Source: Mobula hypostoma (lineage: Eukaryota). From it: a DNA stretch of 64,000 nucleotides. The notes under the pieces were generated by a model. That model worked only from the letters and a program-made list of their open reading frames with translations, was not told where the DNA came from and did not search any database. Position numbers and translations under genes: made by a program. Below are positions 1-12,764 of this stretch, in pieces. The stretch lies in NCBI RefSeq assembly GCF_963921235.1, contig NC_086104.1, forward strand, positions 157,790,001 through 157,854,000, read 5' to 3'. Within the stretch, counting starts at the first letter, position 1; every line of letters starts with the position of its first letter.

Positions 1-39
1 TGGATGTCAGACCTATGGGCAAAGCATTAGTTCACAAAG

Positions 40-665
40 TCATAGCGCACAGAAACAGGCTCTTCAGCCTAGTTGGTCTGTGCTGAATGATTAGCCTGTC
101 TAGCCCAGCGGTTCCCAATTTTTTTTATGCCACGTACCAATACCTTAAGCAAGGAGTTCATGGATCCCAGCTTGGGAAGTTCTGGCTAGTCCCATTAACT
201 TGCATCTGGCACATAACTCTCCATACCCCTCCATCCAGGTAGCTTTTTAAATTTCTCTTAAGTTGAACCTGCATCCACCACTTCCTCTGGCAGCTCATTC
301 CACATTCGCACCACCCTCTGAGTGAAGAAGATCCCCCTCAACTATTTCACTTTTTACCCTTAGCCCAGGACTGCTAGTTCTAGTCTCCCTCAACCTCAGT
401 GGAAAAAGCCTGTTTGCACTTACCCAATCTATACCTCTCATAATTTTGTTTATGTCTATCAAATCCCCCCTCATCTTCCTACACTCTAGGGAATAAAGTA
501 CTAACCTATTCAACCGTTACCTATATTTCAGATCCACAAGTCCTGGCAACATCCTTGTAAATTTTCTCTGCACTCTTGAAATCTTATTGAATCTTTCCTG
601 TAGGTGACCAGAACCGCACACATTACTCCCCGTTCAGCCTCATCAACGTCGTATACAACTTCAAC
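40..665 (-). mobile_element. CR1 LINE 3' fragment
   Basis: ORF 295-513 reads like CR1 RT C-terminus (LYSLECRKMRGDLI...NRLFP...GLRV). Confidence 0.8.
106..184. mobile_element. hAT-like MITE (~80 bp) inside the CR1 fragment
   Basis: Termini cagcggttcccaa...ttgggaagttctg; same family as 31568-31647 and ~39195-39245. Confidence 0.7.
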
Positions 666-1169
666 ATAAAATCTCAGCTGCAGATCAAGTTTAACTTTAG
701 TATAAAGACCTATTTTTGTTAGTAATCTGACAGTCAATAGCTTTGTAGGCAAGGTTTCAAGAGGGACAGTTTATAAAGGGATAAAGCTGTGTACACCCAC
801 GTGACAGAAAATAGAAGAACCAATGTATAAACATTGAAGATTAATTTGGATGTAATTTGGGAATGGTTCTACTCCTGAAAAAGATGAAAAAATTCTTGAA
901 AAAGGTAACTTTTTGAACTGTCAATATTCCACAGCTGCACATTCCATCTTTGACATCTATTTCACATTTATATAGCAACTTCATAAAGATACTTCAAACC
1001 AATTAAGATCAAATAAATCATCTCTAATGTCCCAAGATGTAAATTAACTTTCTGTATAATTATTTTCCACACTAAATAGAATTTCACATGACAATTTTGA
1101 AATTATTCATACAACCCCTCTCAATTTTAATTCAAATTAATATTTTATTAACTGAAAAGATATTTTCCA

Positions 1170-1400
1170 AGATTCAAAGTACATTTATTATCAAAGTATG
1201 TATGCAGTATACAACCCTGAAATTTGTCTTCCCCACAGACAGTCACGAAACAATGAAGAACTATGGAACCAACCTGTTCAAAGAAAAATATCAAATATCA
1301 AATCCCCTTCCCAGAGCAAAAAAATTGCGCTTACGGCAACAAAAAAGGGCAAAAACACAGAATACAAAACACAAAATCAAAAGGCATATTTCATTTCAGT
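1170..1400 (-). mobile_element. Rex1/Babar-type LINE 3' tail fragment
   Basis: aagattcaaagtacatttattatcaaagtatg... motif recurs at ~21970, 35095, 45400 and 61500, and forward after Rex-type sequence at ~34100 and 58300. Confidence 0.55.
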
Positions 1401-1989
1401 TCAGTTCATTTCCACTCAGTGTTCTTTATCTGCAGACTGCCCCGGTTCAAAAACCACCCAAAAGTAATAACAAAAACAAATGTATTTTTTTTAAAGCACA
1501 GTGAAACAAATTGCTCCCAAAACAGGCAATTAAATCATGTTGTTATTTCTTCGAGCAACTTTGCAAATATTGTAAAAATTAAAAACAACAACCTCCATGA
1601 AACAGTACACTGACACATATACCAGAGGAGAAAAGATAGGGGAACTGCAGACAATTTATAAGTTTGCTGAGTTTAATGTTTTTTTTAAAGGAACACAATC
1701 CTTAAAATATGAAAGAAATCATTCATATAGTAAGTTCAGAAACTGGCAGAATTTTTCACTTCGCATTTTTTATTCCATTAGGAAATAGTTCTGAACCAAA
1801 TCTAAAATGTATAATCGCTCATGTTCTGATTATACAGTACCTGAATTGAACATTTTCAATTAGTTCTAAATAAGCATATTTTAATTTAAACTTTGAGACC
1901 AAAACAATTATTAACTGCAACCAAATTACTAACATAATTGCTTGAACGCCAGCTTGAACATAAATTGCTTAACTTAAGGACAGAGGTTT

Positions 1990-3002
1990 CAAGGCCTCAT
2001 CTTGTTTCTGAAAAGCAAACTGCTGGAGCAATTCAGCAGGTCAGGTGGCATCTGTGGAGGCAGAGGGATGGTCAACATTTCAGACTGAGACTCTGCACCT
2101 GTACTGACACTTGACCCATTGAGTTCCTCCAATCAGTTGCTCCAGGTTATAATGTCTTCAGCCTCTTGTATATCCAAACTCTGAAGAAAGTATCCAACAG
2201 AAGTCCTACAGACAAAACAGATTATCTCCAATTTAAAACACAAGAGATTCTGCAGATAGTGGAAATCAGCACAAACAAAATTGCTGGAGGAACTCAGCAG
2301 GTCAGGCAGCATCTATGGAGGGGAATAAATAGTTAATATTTCGGGCCAAAACCCTTCACCAGGATTTAAACTTTTTCAGGGTATTGCCTACCCTGAAGAA
2401 GGTTAAATCTTCTCTTCAACGGGAGCTCAGTGAGACTCTCTCTCACTGCTTCCCCTCTGTGATCTTCAATTTAATCATCCAATATCTAGTTAGAATTTAT
2501 CCTCAGCCCCAGACCAGTCCATTGTTTAAAGATCTATCAAACTGGAAAACCAACACATATCTATTACTTACATGTAACTTGGAAATTCTGATGCATGTAC
2601 TGGGTTAATAATTTGCCAAATCTCAGATAGCATTTCAAGATTTCTGGGTATATTTCACAGAGTTTAACTCAATTTTGAACTATGTCTCTCAAGCTTCTTA
2701 AAATACAGACTTTACTATTTCCAGCCACAAAGATGAAACTACAAAAGTTTAAGTGGCTTCCAAATCTGCAAGCCCAACAACTAATGACACTGACTGAACA
2801 AGCAAGCAATTTGGCAGAAAAACTGCCGTGGTCATTATCGTTCACTCAGTCTGTCATTCATCGTGTTTCACAAACACAAGCGATTCTGCAGATGCTGGAA
2901 AGCTACAGCAACACACACTACATGCTGGAGGAACTCAGCAGGTCAGGCAGCATTTATGGAGGGGTTTGTTGACATTTTGGGCTGAGACCCTTCATTAGGA
3001 TT
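1990..3002. mobile_element. Cluster of old Penelope-like pseudo-LTR remnants (~1990-2170, 2239-2365, 2868-3002)
   Basis: Degenerate copies of ...ctgcagatgctggaa...tgctggaggaactcagcaggtcaggcagcatct...cccttca, homologous to the pLTR beside the GIY-YIG ORF at 41.5-42.6 kb. Confidence 0.65.
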
Positions 3003-4393
3003 TCCACGTTTCTATTCTTTTTCATTGTTGAAGACTGATCAAAATCACACTATCTTTGCAATCTCCTGATTTTTTTTTATTACTTGGCCTCTCAAAGAGG
3101 ACAATGCCAGAGAGGGTGCAGAGGAAATTAAGCGGGATATGGCTGAAGCAGATAACATTATGTAGGGTAGATTACAGATAGAGCAGATCATAGAACACCA
3201 TTCTCCAGAACGTAAGTGTATAAAAACAAGAGAACATAAAATTAGGTGAAGGGATAGGAGGTTTAAGAGGACTCAGAGAATGGCGAATAGCCAGTCAATG
3301 GAAGTAGGTAGTTTAAATGGGTTCAGCATAGACTAGATGGGCCTGTTTCTGTGCTGTACTTTTCTATGACTATGACTCTATACATTAGGATCATTTTTCA
3401 TTATAATAAAAGAATAGAAGGACAAAGGAAAGTAGGCAGGAGTAGGCTATTGGGCCCCTCAAGCCTACTCTGCCATTCGAAATGATCATGGCTGGCTGTC
3501 CCAGGTCTCTACTGCTCTTCTCAGCCACTTCCACATAGTTTCAGTTGCTCAATCTTTCAGAAATTCTACTCTTTAAATAACTAATGATCTAGCCTCCATA
3601 ACTCTCTGGGGCAGAGAACTCAAGAGATTTCATCACAAAAATTCCTACACTGCTCAGGTTTAAATGACTACTCCCTTATCTTGTAAAAATGTCCACACAT
3701 AAATAAGTTAGACTGCTCTTCTGAAACTTTATTAACTTCAAAGTTATATTGTGTAATGAAAGCTGAAATTCACCTGTGGAATAGGTCCAGTATATCCACA
3801 TTTTTAAGGACACAATAAAATTAAACTGCAATTCTGCACTAACGTCAAAAATCTAATTCTAAATCACCCGATTTTTAATGCAATATCCTATAACATCCGG
3901 AACTGATTAAGAAATAGTTTAAATATAACTAAATAACCCAGAAATAGTTTGCACTCTACATAGAAGCTGAATGGTGTTTAGAAGCTGTGTGCCAAGCACT
4001 ACTGCAGGTAAGCTACAGCTTCCAAACTCAAGACACAGGCAGGTGAGAGCATAGTATTACTCTCTAAACAGAGCATCCATATTAACCAGTTAAGAACGAC
4101 TGACAGTCTATTACCAATACATAGTAACACATGCATCTTTTTTGCTAGATTACATTGCACACAGGCCTAGTAACAAATAGGACACTAAGATTTATTGGCT
4201 TTGCAATAATCAATTAAATATATAATCTACATACTGTTCTCATTATTCAAATTAGCTACTGGGTATTGTTTCTATGTTTGGAAAAGGTCTAATTGTGAAC
4301 GTCATTGTAGTTCGCAGAGTTTGAGGTTACCCAACCAGTACATACCTTCCATCTTGCTTGTTTTACAATCAATTATTATGTATAATATTTGTA

Positions 4394-4452
4394 TTTATTA
4401 TTTTTCATTCCTTATTAAATACTGCACCAAAGTATCCTGAATGTGTTTTATT
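4394..4452 (-). terminator. Two candidate AATAAA polyadenylation signals of polb (4447-4452 and 4394-4399)
   Basis: tttatt on the plus strand about 205 and 260 nt past the stop codon. Which one is used cannot be told from sequence. Confidence 0.5.
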
Positions 4453-4656
4453 GCTTTTCCTGCACCTTATACAAAAGCTGATCTCAACATGTAAAGCTCA
4501 GCCACTATATACCATCCATATATGCATTACAGGTAATGAGTAAATGAATGGAGAATTCTTTCTGGAATTTTTCACTCAGTTCTTCACTTATCAGGATCAT
4601 CAGATTCTCACACATACTGAATGTTTGGAGCTTCTCAGCTTGATCTTCATGGACAT

Positions 4657-4751
4657 TCACTCACTTCGCTCTCTCGGTTCTCGATATTTCCATTCAATAT
4701 ATTCAAAAATGTCTCTTTCACTTTCCACAGGCAGTGGTTCCCCTGGGACTC
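4657..4751 (-). CDS. polb: DNA polymerase beta, last coding exon (human exon 14 equivalent)
   Basis: Minus strand reads ttgcag|GA GTC CCA GGG GAA ... AGT GAG TGA = (G)[30 protein letters not shown], matching the human POLB C-terminus [30 protein letters not shown]. Coding length 95 nt, AG acceptor, and phase fits the previous exon. Confidence 0.97.
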
Positions 4752-4819
4752 CTGCAATCAGAACAATACAGCATTAATGAGACAGGAAACTTTTTAAATA
4801 TACATCACATCAGAGTGGA

Positions 4820-5110
4820 ATAAAACCAGAAAACACTGGAAATACTCAGCAGGCCAGGTAGATTCTGTGGAGACAGAGAAAGATTCAATGCTTCAGAACA
4901 CAAGAGATTTTGCAGATGCTGGAAATGCTGAGCAACGTGTATAGAATGCTGGAGTAAGTCAGGCAGCCAGGCTCCATAGAGGGGAGTAGAGAGTTGATGT
5001 TTTGGTCCAGAACTCTTCATCCAGACTTGATGATGAAGGTTCTTCACTTGAAATGTTGACTATTTACTCTTCTACATAGATGCTGCCTGACTTACTGAGA
5101 TTCTCAGTAT
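4820..5110. mobile_element. Old Penelope-like pLTR remnants, including a head-to-head pair, in the last polb intron
   Basis: Forward arm ~4905-5025, reverse arm ~5030-5110 (tgatgaaggttcttcacttgaaatgttgact...). Confidence 0.6.
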
Positions 5111-6609
5111 TTTAGCACAAACAGCTTCTATCTGAACCAAGAAAGCTTAAAATAAATTATGCTTTCAGTTGCAAAAAAGGGAGAAATGCAGAGACAGCAC
5201 TGGGAAAGTCTTGAATAGAGTGTGGCCCAAAAGTGACTGACTGAGACAAAGGGTGATGAAGTATGATTGACCTGGAGAAGCTGGACCTCGGCATTCACTT
5301 TCCCTATTAAAGCTAGCTAGGGAATAACAATGAAAACTAAATGTGCATAAGATTTCTGCACAGTACTGTATTTGACAACATGGAGTGGAGAGCAAGCTTG
5401 TAAATATGGTGGGAGTAAAGGATATTGGGAATGGCAAGGGTGGAGCACCGCTGGAGTGGTATAGGACAGGTGGCAGGAAGGAGTGCCAGGGGTAGGTGCA
5501 GACACGCCAGGCAAGGTCATTTGATTACAAACAATTGGTTCATTGATCATATATTTCTTGTTGCAATTTATAGAAATTGATTATGCCTTGCACTGTACCA
5601 CTGTCACAAAACAACAAATTTCACAATATAATTTAGTGATAATAAATCTGATTCTGATATCCATGGTCTGGCAGAGGAGACTAAATCTCAAATTTCTATG
5701 TCTGAGTTTGGAGAAAGATGTAGAAATGCTTCAATGGAATACAAACAAATTGAGTATATGGGCAAGAACATGACAGATGTAATAGAGCGTGAAAAAAATA
5801 CAAAGTTTTCCACTAGGATGCACAAAACAGAAATGTAAAGTCTATTTATCAATTAGGGAATGGGTAATCTGATGTTTAAAGGGACCAAAGTCACTGACGG
5901 GAGGGCAATTGGTACGTTGACCTTTATTACAAGAGGGTCTGACTACACTGTTGCAGTGATATAGGCTGAGGTGAGACTAACTGCATCAGTTTTGCTCTCC
6001 TTACATAATTAAAAGATTACACTATACTTGCAAAGAGGAAACACAGTGAAGTTCACTAGATTCACAGCACCAGCAGATCTCACCAAAGTTTCGTTGAATG
6101 AAGGAACAAAGATTATTCTTTGTTGAAAACAACATTTTCAAATGTTGTGTAACAAACTTTGTATCAAATCTACAACAAACTTACTATTTAGCTAAGTTTT
6201 CATGCACTACACGTGCCCCCACCCTCTAGCCATTACACTAGGAACATGTCACTACCTCTGTATTACTTTTCCTTGTATTCCCAATGAATTTTTAGTGACC
6301 ATCCTACACTTAACATATATGGTTTTAAAATCCCACAGTAGTAGGAACATTTTCTATACATCTACTGCATTAAACTAATTCATTATCTGAGAAGTCATCA
6401 ATAATTGCTCAGGAAAATACAGGATTAGAAAATTTTCATCGCTTTAAGACACCACTGAACTGTCACTCTGCAGGGAATATACCCAGCTCTGACCGCAATT
6501 CCTTGACGGTTAAATTTTACCCTGAACATCATGTACAATAGAACTGGTACTGAACGATTGGCACATGAAGAATATCTGATCAGGTTTTCAATAAGTTGAA
6601 CAATTCTAA

Positions 6610-7195
6610 CACACAAAAACATTTTGTAATTATTTTTTACCGGTCTTCGTATCTCTAAGCCAAAAGATTGAAAAGAGTGAAAACACTCAACAACTTCTAC
6701 AGGTGTACTGTGGAGAGCATTCTGACTGGCTGCATCACCGTCTGGTATGGGGGGGGGTGCTACTGCACAGGATCGAAAGAAGCTACAGAAAGTTGTAAAA
6801 TTAGTCAGCTCCGTCATGGGTACTAGCCTCTGTAGTATCCAATTCAACTTCATCTTCAAGGAGCGGTAACTCAGAAAGAACTCCCACCACCCAGGACATG
6901 CCCTCTTCTCACTGTTACCATCGGGTAGGAGGTACAGAATCCTGAAGGCACACACCCAGTGATTCAAAAACAGCTTCTTCTCCTCTGCCATCTGATTCCT
7001 AAATGGACATTGAACCCTTGGACACTACCTCACTAGTTTTTATTTTGTTTTTGCACTACATATTTTAAACTATTTAATATACTTACTGCAATTCATTTTT
7101 TAAAGTATTTATTATGTATTGCATTGTATTGCTGCTGCAAAATTAACAAATTTCACGACATATGGCACTGATAGTAAACCTGATTCTGATTCTGA
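6610..7195 (+). mobile_element. Rex1/Babar LINE 3' fragment
   Basis: Homologous to 12765-13480 (NFYRCTVESILTGCITVWYG...KLQKVVKL) and ends in the ctgattctgattctga tail. Confidence 0.8.
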
Positions 7196-8408
7196 TTTTG
7201 CACTTAATCATACTTATCTGCAAAGTAATATCCTCTCAGGTCTGGTATCAGACTCATGAAACACTTTTGCATCCTCCCCATTTCCTTTCTTACAATTTGG
7301 GAGACAAAAACTATGTGCAGTACTCACCGTGGCATCTAACGGTGCTTTGATGCATTTAATATACTTTTTATGCTAACTTCTAACTTAATTTCCTTTACAA
7401 AAAACACTACAGCAATAAAAAAAATATGGGGTTGTGAACAGATGAAGGCCTTTCAATAAAGCTTTAGTAGCTTTCCATTGTTTGGTGAACATGTCCTCTC
7501 TGTCCTCGACCCTATTTAACACTATCTTACATTTACTCAACATTCAATTCCATGCACGTTCAGTAAATTTATTAATGTCTTATATTCTAGTCACATTCTT
7601 TGTATTTTCAACACCATCATGCAGAAATCGAAAGCCTCCTTTGAAAATTAAAACTTAATAAACAACGAATCCTGTACTCAAAGAAATAATAGTAAATTTA
7701 TGTCACGATAAAAAGAATTGCTGTATTTAGAATGACATGGCAGTAGTGATTTACATGATCTAACTGCAGAAAAGTTAAAAAGCTTATAGATTACTCTGGA
7801 TTTAGTTGAAGAAAGATGAACTAATGTACATAGTTTCTGAGGCGGGCAGAAAAGGAACACTAATGGAGTTAAAGGGGGAGGACAGGATTTGCATTGCTCT
7901 CTCAATACTGCTCATTATACTCTGAAATCCTGAAAATACTCCTGGGCAAAAAAAGCACGCATTCCTAAAGAATAATCACAGTACTCCAGATACACCATCG
8001 TCTAAACTTTGTATTAGCAATGCCAGAAATCTCATTGTATTTGCCATCCTTGCACTACAAAACCATTAGTAACTTACAGACATTTACCCAAATGGAGGAA
8101 TTCCAAAGCTAATGCCAGTAATTTAACACAACTCTGTAGGTCAGCCTTGATTTGAACAGATGTTAATAGGGAACAGAATTGATGCACTAATTCCCTAATA
8201 ATTAGGGATAACCCATTTGAAGATTCTGTAGCAGGTTCTAGAAGAGTTTAGATTTATACTTAGGGTTATGTCAATGATAAAACACCTCATTCTGATTCTA
8301 CGTTTCACTGCAGTAGTAAATGTAGCTGGAAGGGGTCTAGGAAACAGATTTTCAATCGCTTATTGAATCACTAGTCTTTGACATCCATTTAACAAAATAT
8401 TTCTGAAA

Positions 8409-9218
8409 TACAGTGGATTCCAGTTTATTTGGACACATCAGGACCAGTACACCTTGGCCCAATTAAGCAGCTGCCCTAATTAACCAAAGTTTCATGGAAA
8501 TAGTTAAAAAGGTATAAAAAAGACAAACTACCATTTAACTGAGTAACAAATTATATATTTAAATGAAATACAGAACAAATTGGAACACTACAGTACTATA
8601 AAACTGTACATTGGTTCCTAATAGTTATCGATGGAGGAATTCATAAGGTGTATACCGTTCTTTTGAAAGAGTGTAAATGAACACAACCAGCACAAACTCC
8701 TAGTGTAGATAATGGACTGCCTTCATACAATGCTCTTGATTTCATCCTCATTTTCATTTTACCATTCAAAATGATTGTTGATACCTTCAAATTCTTCATA
8801 GTCCCTAACTTGTTGAAGTCATAAAACAGTTTCATTTTCATTGCTGGCCGTTTCTGGCACCTCCAAGCCTGAATGCTTAGAACCACAGTGAGCAAAACAA
8901 TTCTGAATTGCCTTATTGCTTATTTCTTGCCAACAATCAGAAACAAAAATCACTGATTTTTGAACACAAGCACGTGTAATTTATGCTATTTAAAATCTGT
9001 TTGCTCTAAGCACAGTGTAGTGTCTGATGGCCACACAAGGACACGTATCTGATGCTACCTAGAAACTGTTTGGCAACAGTGTCCTGTCCCAATTAAGTGT
9101 CCCAAATCAATGAAGGGAATCCCAGATATTTTCTCAATTAGTTTTTGTTCTTTAAAAGTTGTCCCAAATAAACAGTTGCTCTGATTAACCAATGGCCTAA
9201 TTAACTGAAATTGATTAT
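8409..9218. mobile_element. Tigger/pogo-like non-autonomous DNA transposon
   Basis: Starts ta-cagtggattccagtttatttggac and ends in a degenerate reverse complement (ggcctaattaactgaaattgatta-ta), with subterminal ccaattaa repeats. Confidence 0.6.
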
Positions 9219-9510
9219 ATATCCAATCCAATGTGTTGACGACTCACATACCAACGTTTTCTACCTCATTTATAGAGAGGATAAAATAGTTCAAATTGTA
9301 AACCTCTAGTTGGTAATTATTCCTGACTTTTATATTTTCTGAAGAGTTCTCCATCAAAATCCTTTATTTATCATTTGCTGTGGGGTTCATAATTAAAAAT
9401 CAAAGGCCCACTCTTAAAGCAGCTTAATTGTTTGGTTTTTAAAATTAGTTTATTAAAGAAATACTCAATCCATGTTTACATTGAGACTTCCAGTATCATT
9501 CTGCTCCTAC

Positions 9511-9650
9511 CTGTGGTTCCCAGTGGGCGAATAGTGTACTCATTCAAGGTGAAGCCTTTCTCTAACGCCTGGGTCCGCATGTTCTTGTTAAAAAGATCAC
9601 TGCCCGTGAAATAAAGCACACCGCAGAAATACTGATCTTTTGGAATAAGC
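9511..9650 (-). CDS. polb: DNA polymerase beta exon (human exon 13 equivalent)
   Basis: ttttag|G CTT ATT CCA AAA GAT ... ACC ACA G|gtagga translates (R)[46 protein letters not shown](G). 140 nt with canonical splice sites; partly visible in ORF 9476-9679. Confidence 0.98.
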
Positions 9651-9915
9651 CTAAAAGAAAAACACAAGCCAAAGGACAATAAGTTGGCAGATAATGGAAA
9701 TGTTTGAATCTTACACTTATTCTTAATGGGTAGTACCTGTATGCTAACTTGACCATTTTCTGAAATAATGTCAATAGAAACTTCCTTTTCAAAAACATAG
9801 TAACAACCAAAATACCCTTTAGAAGCAGACCTGCTTCCTCCTTAGCATAGTCTATCCACAGATTCTGATTCAGGCATTTTATCAACAGTACCTGCAATCA
9901 AGTTAAAGGCATAGA

Positions 9916-10250
9916 GGGGCAGCACGTTTACACAGTGGTTAGCACCAGTTGAAAGATTGGGGTTCAATTCCCACCACTGTCTGTAAGGAGTTTCAACGTT
10001 CTCCCCATGTCCACATGGGTTTCCTCTGGGTGGTCCGATTTCCTCCCATGTTCCAAAATATGTATGGCTTAGGGTTAATGAGTCGTGGGCATACTACCGT
10101 CCGTCACTGGAATGTGGGAGGAAACTGGAGCACCCAGAGGAAATCCACACAGTCAAGAGGAGAATGTACAAACTCCTTATGGACAGCAACGGGAATTGAA
10201 ACCCGACTGGAGATTGCTGGTGCTGTAATAGCCTTACACTAACTGCTACA
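9916..10250. mobile_element. Two inverted V-SINE (HE1-like) copies
   Basis: tRNA-like head (cagtggttagc...ggttcaattccc) plus V-domain (gttctccccatgtccacatgggtttcctctgggtggtccgatttcctccc); a reverse copy follows from ~10100. Confidence 0.75.
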
Positions 10251-10825
10251 TTAGGACAGAACATCAAAATTATTTACAGAAGTTCCTGTTTTCTTATTGC
10301 CAGATCAAAAGTCCTCACTGGAACAGACTCACAGCTCTTATTATATTTTAACCTTAATAAGTTTTCCTCAACATTTAATTTATGAATAATATAACACTGG
10401 ACATGTTTCAAGATGGTTTTATTGACTTCATTTTGAAGCTTGCCAGTTGCACTCTGTTGGTGGAAAATGCTCAGCCTGTGGTATCAAATGTGAATTGAAA
10501 GAGGAAAGAAAACAGAGTTCAAGATATCCACTGTTCTTAAGCTAAAAACAAAGCTAAACACAATGACAATTTAGACAGATATATTATGCTGGAAGATCAA
10601 CAAGAGTGGTAAATTTACCTAAAAGGAAAATATACACTAATTAACACTAGAATGGTAAAGATAATCATAAAACCAACTATAGACTCAGTATAGTTGGGAG
10701 GAACAAAAGGCTGTCCATTGCGACAGAGATGAAACACAAAATACAGAAGAGTACAGCACAGTAAGCTCTTTGGCTCACAACATTGTGCTGACCTATACAA
10801 ATGCTCACAATTAACATAAACCTTT

Positions 10826-10956
10826 GCACTTGACGAAGGGTCTCGGCCTGAAACGTCGACTGTACCTCTTCCTAGAGATGCTGCCTGGCCTGCTGCATTC
10901 ACCAGCAACTTTGATGTGTGTTGCTTGAATTTCCAACATCTGCAGAATTCCTGTTG
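10826..10956 (+). mobile_element. Penelope-like pLTR-only insertion with 14-15 bp TSD
   Basis: tgacgaagggtctcggcctgaaacgtcgac...gcagaattcctgttg, flanked by ttaacataaaccttt at 10811-10825 and 10957-10971. Confidence 0.85.
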
Positions 10957-11118
10957 TTAACATAAACCTTTCCTCCGTTTTTCTTTCATCCATGTGTCTA
11001 TCTCAGAATTGGCCTCAATGTATCTGCCTCTACACCACTCCTGGCAGTACATTCTAGGCACCCACCACTCTCTGTGTAAAAAAAAACCTACCTTTGACAT
11101 CTTCCCTAAACTTTCCTC

Positions 11119-11498
11119 CATCATCATCATTATGTACCGCGTCATATGATGTGGACAATCATGATTTTTCCATGACCATGATTGTTCTTAGCAAGTTTTC
11201 TACAGAAGTGACAGGCGATTGCCTTCTTCTGGACAGTGTCTTTACAGGATAGGTGGCCTTAGCCATTATCAATACTCTTCAGAGATTGTCTGCCTGGCGT
11301 CAATGGTCACATAACCAGGACTTGTGATATGCACTGGCTGCTCGTACAACCATCCACCACCGGCTCCCATGGCGTCTTGTGATCCTGACTGGGGCACTAA
11401 GCAGGTGCTACACCTTGCCCAAGGGTGACCTGCAGGCCAGTGGAGGGAAGGAGTGCCTTACACCTCTTTTGGTAGAGATATATCTCCACCCTGCCACC
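11119..11498 (-). mobile_element. RTE-related non-autonomous retroelement with (ATG)n tail
   Basis: Reverse complement of 57262-57624; tail tcatcatcat at 11119-11130. Confidence 0.65.
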
Positions 11499-11844
11499 AA
11501 TTAGGCACATTATTCCAATATTAAAATTAGTATTATTTTTATCTTAAAATAATTTAATTAATTTCAGTTTATTGTGTGCCTGAATAGACTTCTTTAAATT
11601 TTAATTATATTTTTAAATTATTTTAGACACGTTAGATTGTTCAAGGCCACCAAGGCATTTCAGAGGCACACTACAAGGGAGGACATTTCCTGAAGCTCTG
11701 CTAAGCTGTTGAACAAACACAAAAGAAGAGCTCACTATTCAGTTTTAAAGCCACAGCAAAGCACCTGTGGATATGTAGGTGTCAAGTTTAAGAGGTGCCC
11801 TCCCCTCTATCACCACTGATAATCTACCCCCTGAAATGACAGAT

Positions 11845-12680
11845 TCTTTCTTTCTTTTCAAATCTATTTATTATTATCCAAAATTAACAAGAGTACATTG
11901 AAGTAGGAAACACAATTCTCAAGAAAAAAAACATTGTTTTAAAGATTGAAAAAATTTTGGTGACAAAAAAAGAGAAAAAAAAACTCTACTAAAGCAAAGA
12001 AAAGTGAGAAAAAAAACCCATTAGGTGTTCAACCCTGGAGCCATGCGTCATACAAAAAGCTTCTAAAGATAAACATCAAACCACCAGCAAGAAACAAAAA
12101 TGTACCAAAAATTTACAATTAGATCGTGGAGGAAATCTATCAATTAACTCAATTAATAGTAACGAGCAAATGAACCCCATCTCTTCTCAAAATCAAACAT
12201 AGGTTCAAAAGTTCGACTTCTAATTTTCTCCAAACTAAGACACAGCATCACTTGAGAGAACCATTGTGACAAAATGGGAGCCAGCGTATCCTTCCACTTC
12301 AACAAAATAGCCCTCCTAGCTATCAGTGTAACAAATGCAATATAACATGTTGGTCAGACAAAGAGATACCACGGATATTTTGAGGAATTATTCCAAAAAG
12401 CACAGTTAATTTGTTAGGTTGTAAATTAATTTTAAGTGCTTTAGAAATGTAGAAAAAACTGACTTCCAGAACTGTTCCAGTATAGAACAGGAACAAAACG
12501 TGTGTTAGTGCAGCTGTCTCAGTTTTATATCTATCACAATAACTATCAACATTAGAAAACATTTTAGACAATCTCTCCTTTGTCAAATAGTAATGATGTA
12601 CAATTTTAAATTGAATCAGTGAATGATTAGCACAGATCGAAGAAGGGTTAACCAACTTCAGATTTTTTAAACAACATTCA
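11845..12680 (-). mobile_element. L1-clade LINE 3' fragment
   Basis: ORF 12323-12655 resembles the L1 ORF2 C-terminal Cys/His region (LIQFKIVH..YLTKERLSKM...CDR..ALTH). The A-rich 3' end is shared with 44061-44251. Confidence 0.75.
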
Positions 12681-12764
12681 ATCCCTGATCCTCTCTAATC
12701 CCAATGAAGAAGAGCAACACAGTGTCCATTCCATGTCTCGTGAGTAACCAGTCCTCATAGAAAA

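Noticed and set aside
1088-1613. Overlapping 89-138 aa ORFs
   Set aside because: A-rich sequence overlapping a Rex 3' tail; no recognisable protein.
3964-4007. Possible plus-strand exon (tag|AAGCTGAATGG...CTGCAG|gtaagc; AEWCLEAVCQALLQ)
   Set aside because: Strong donor but weak pyrimidine tract, no recognisable homology and no partner exons; likely chance.
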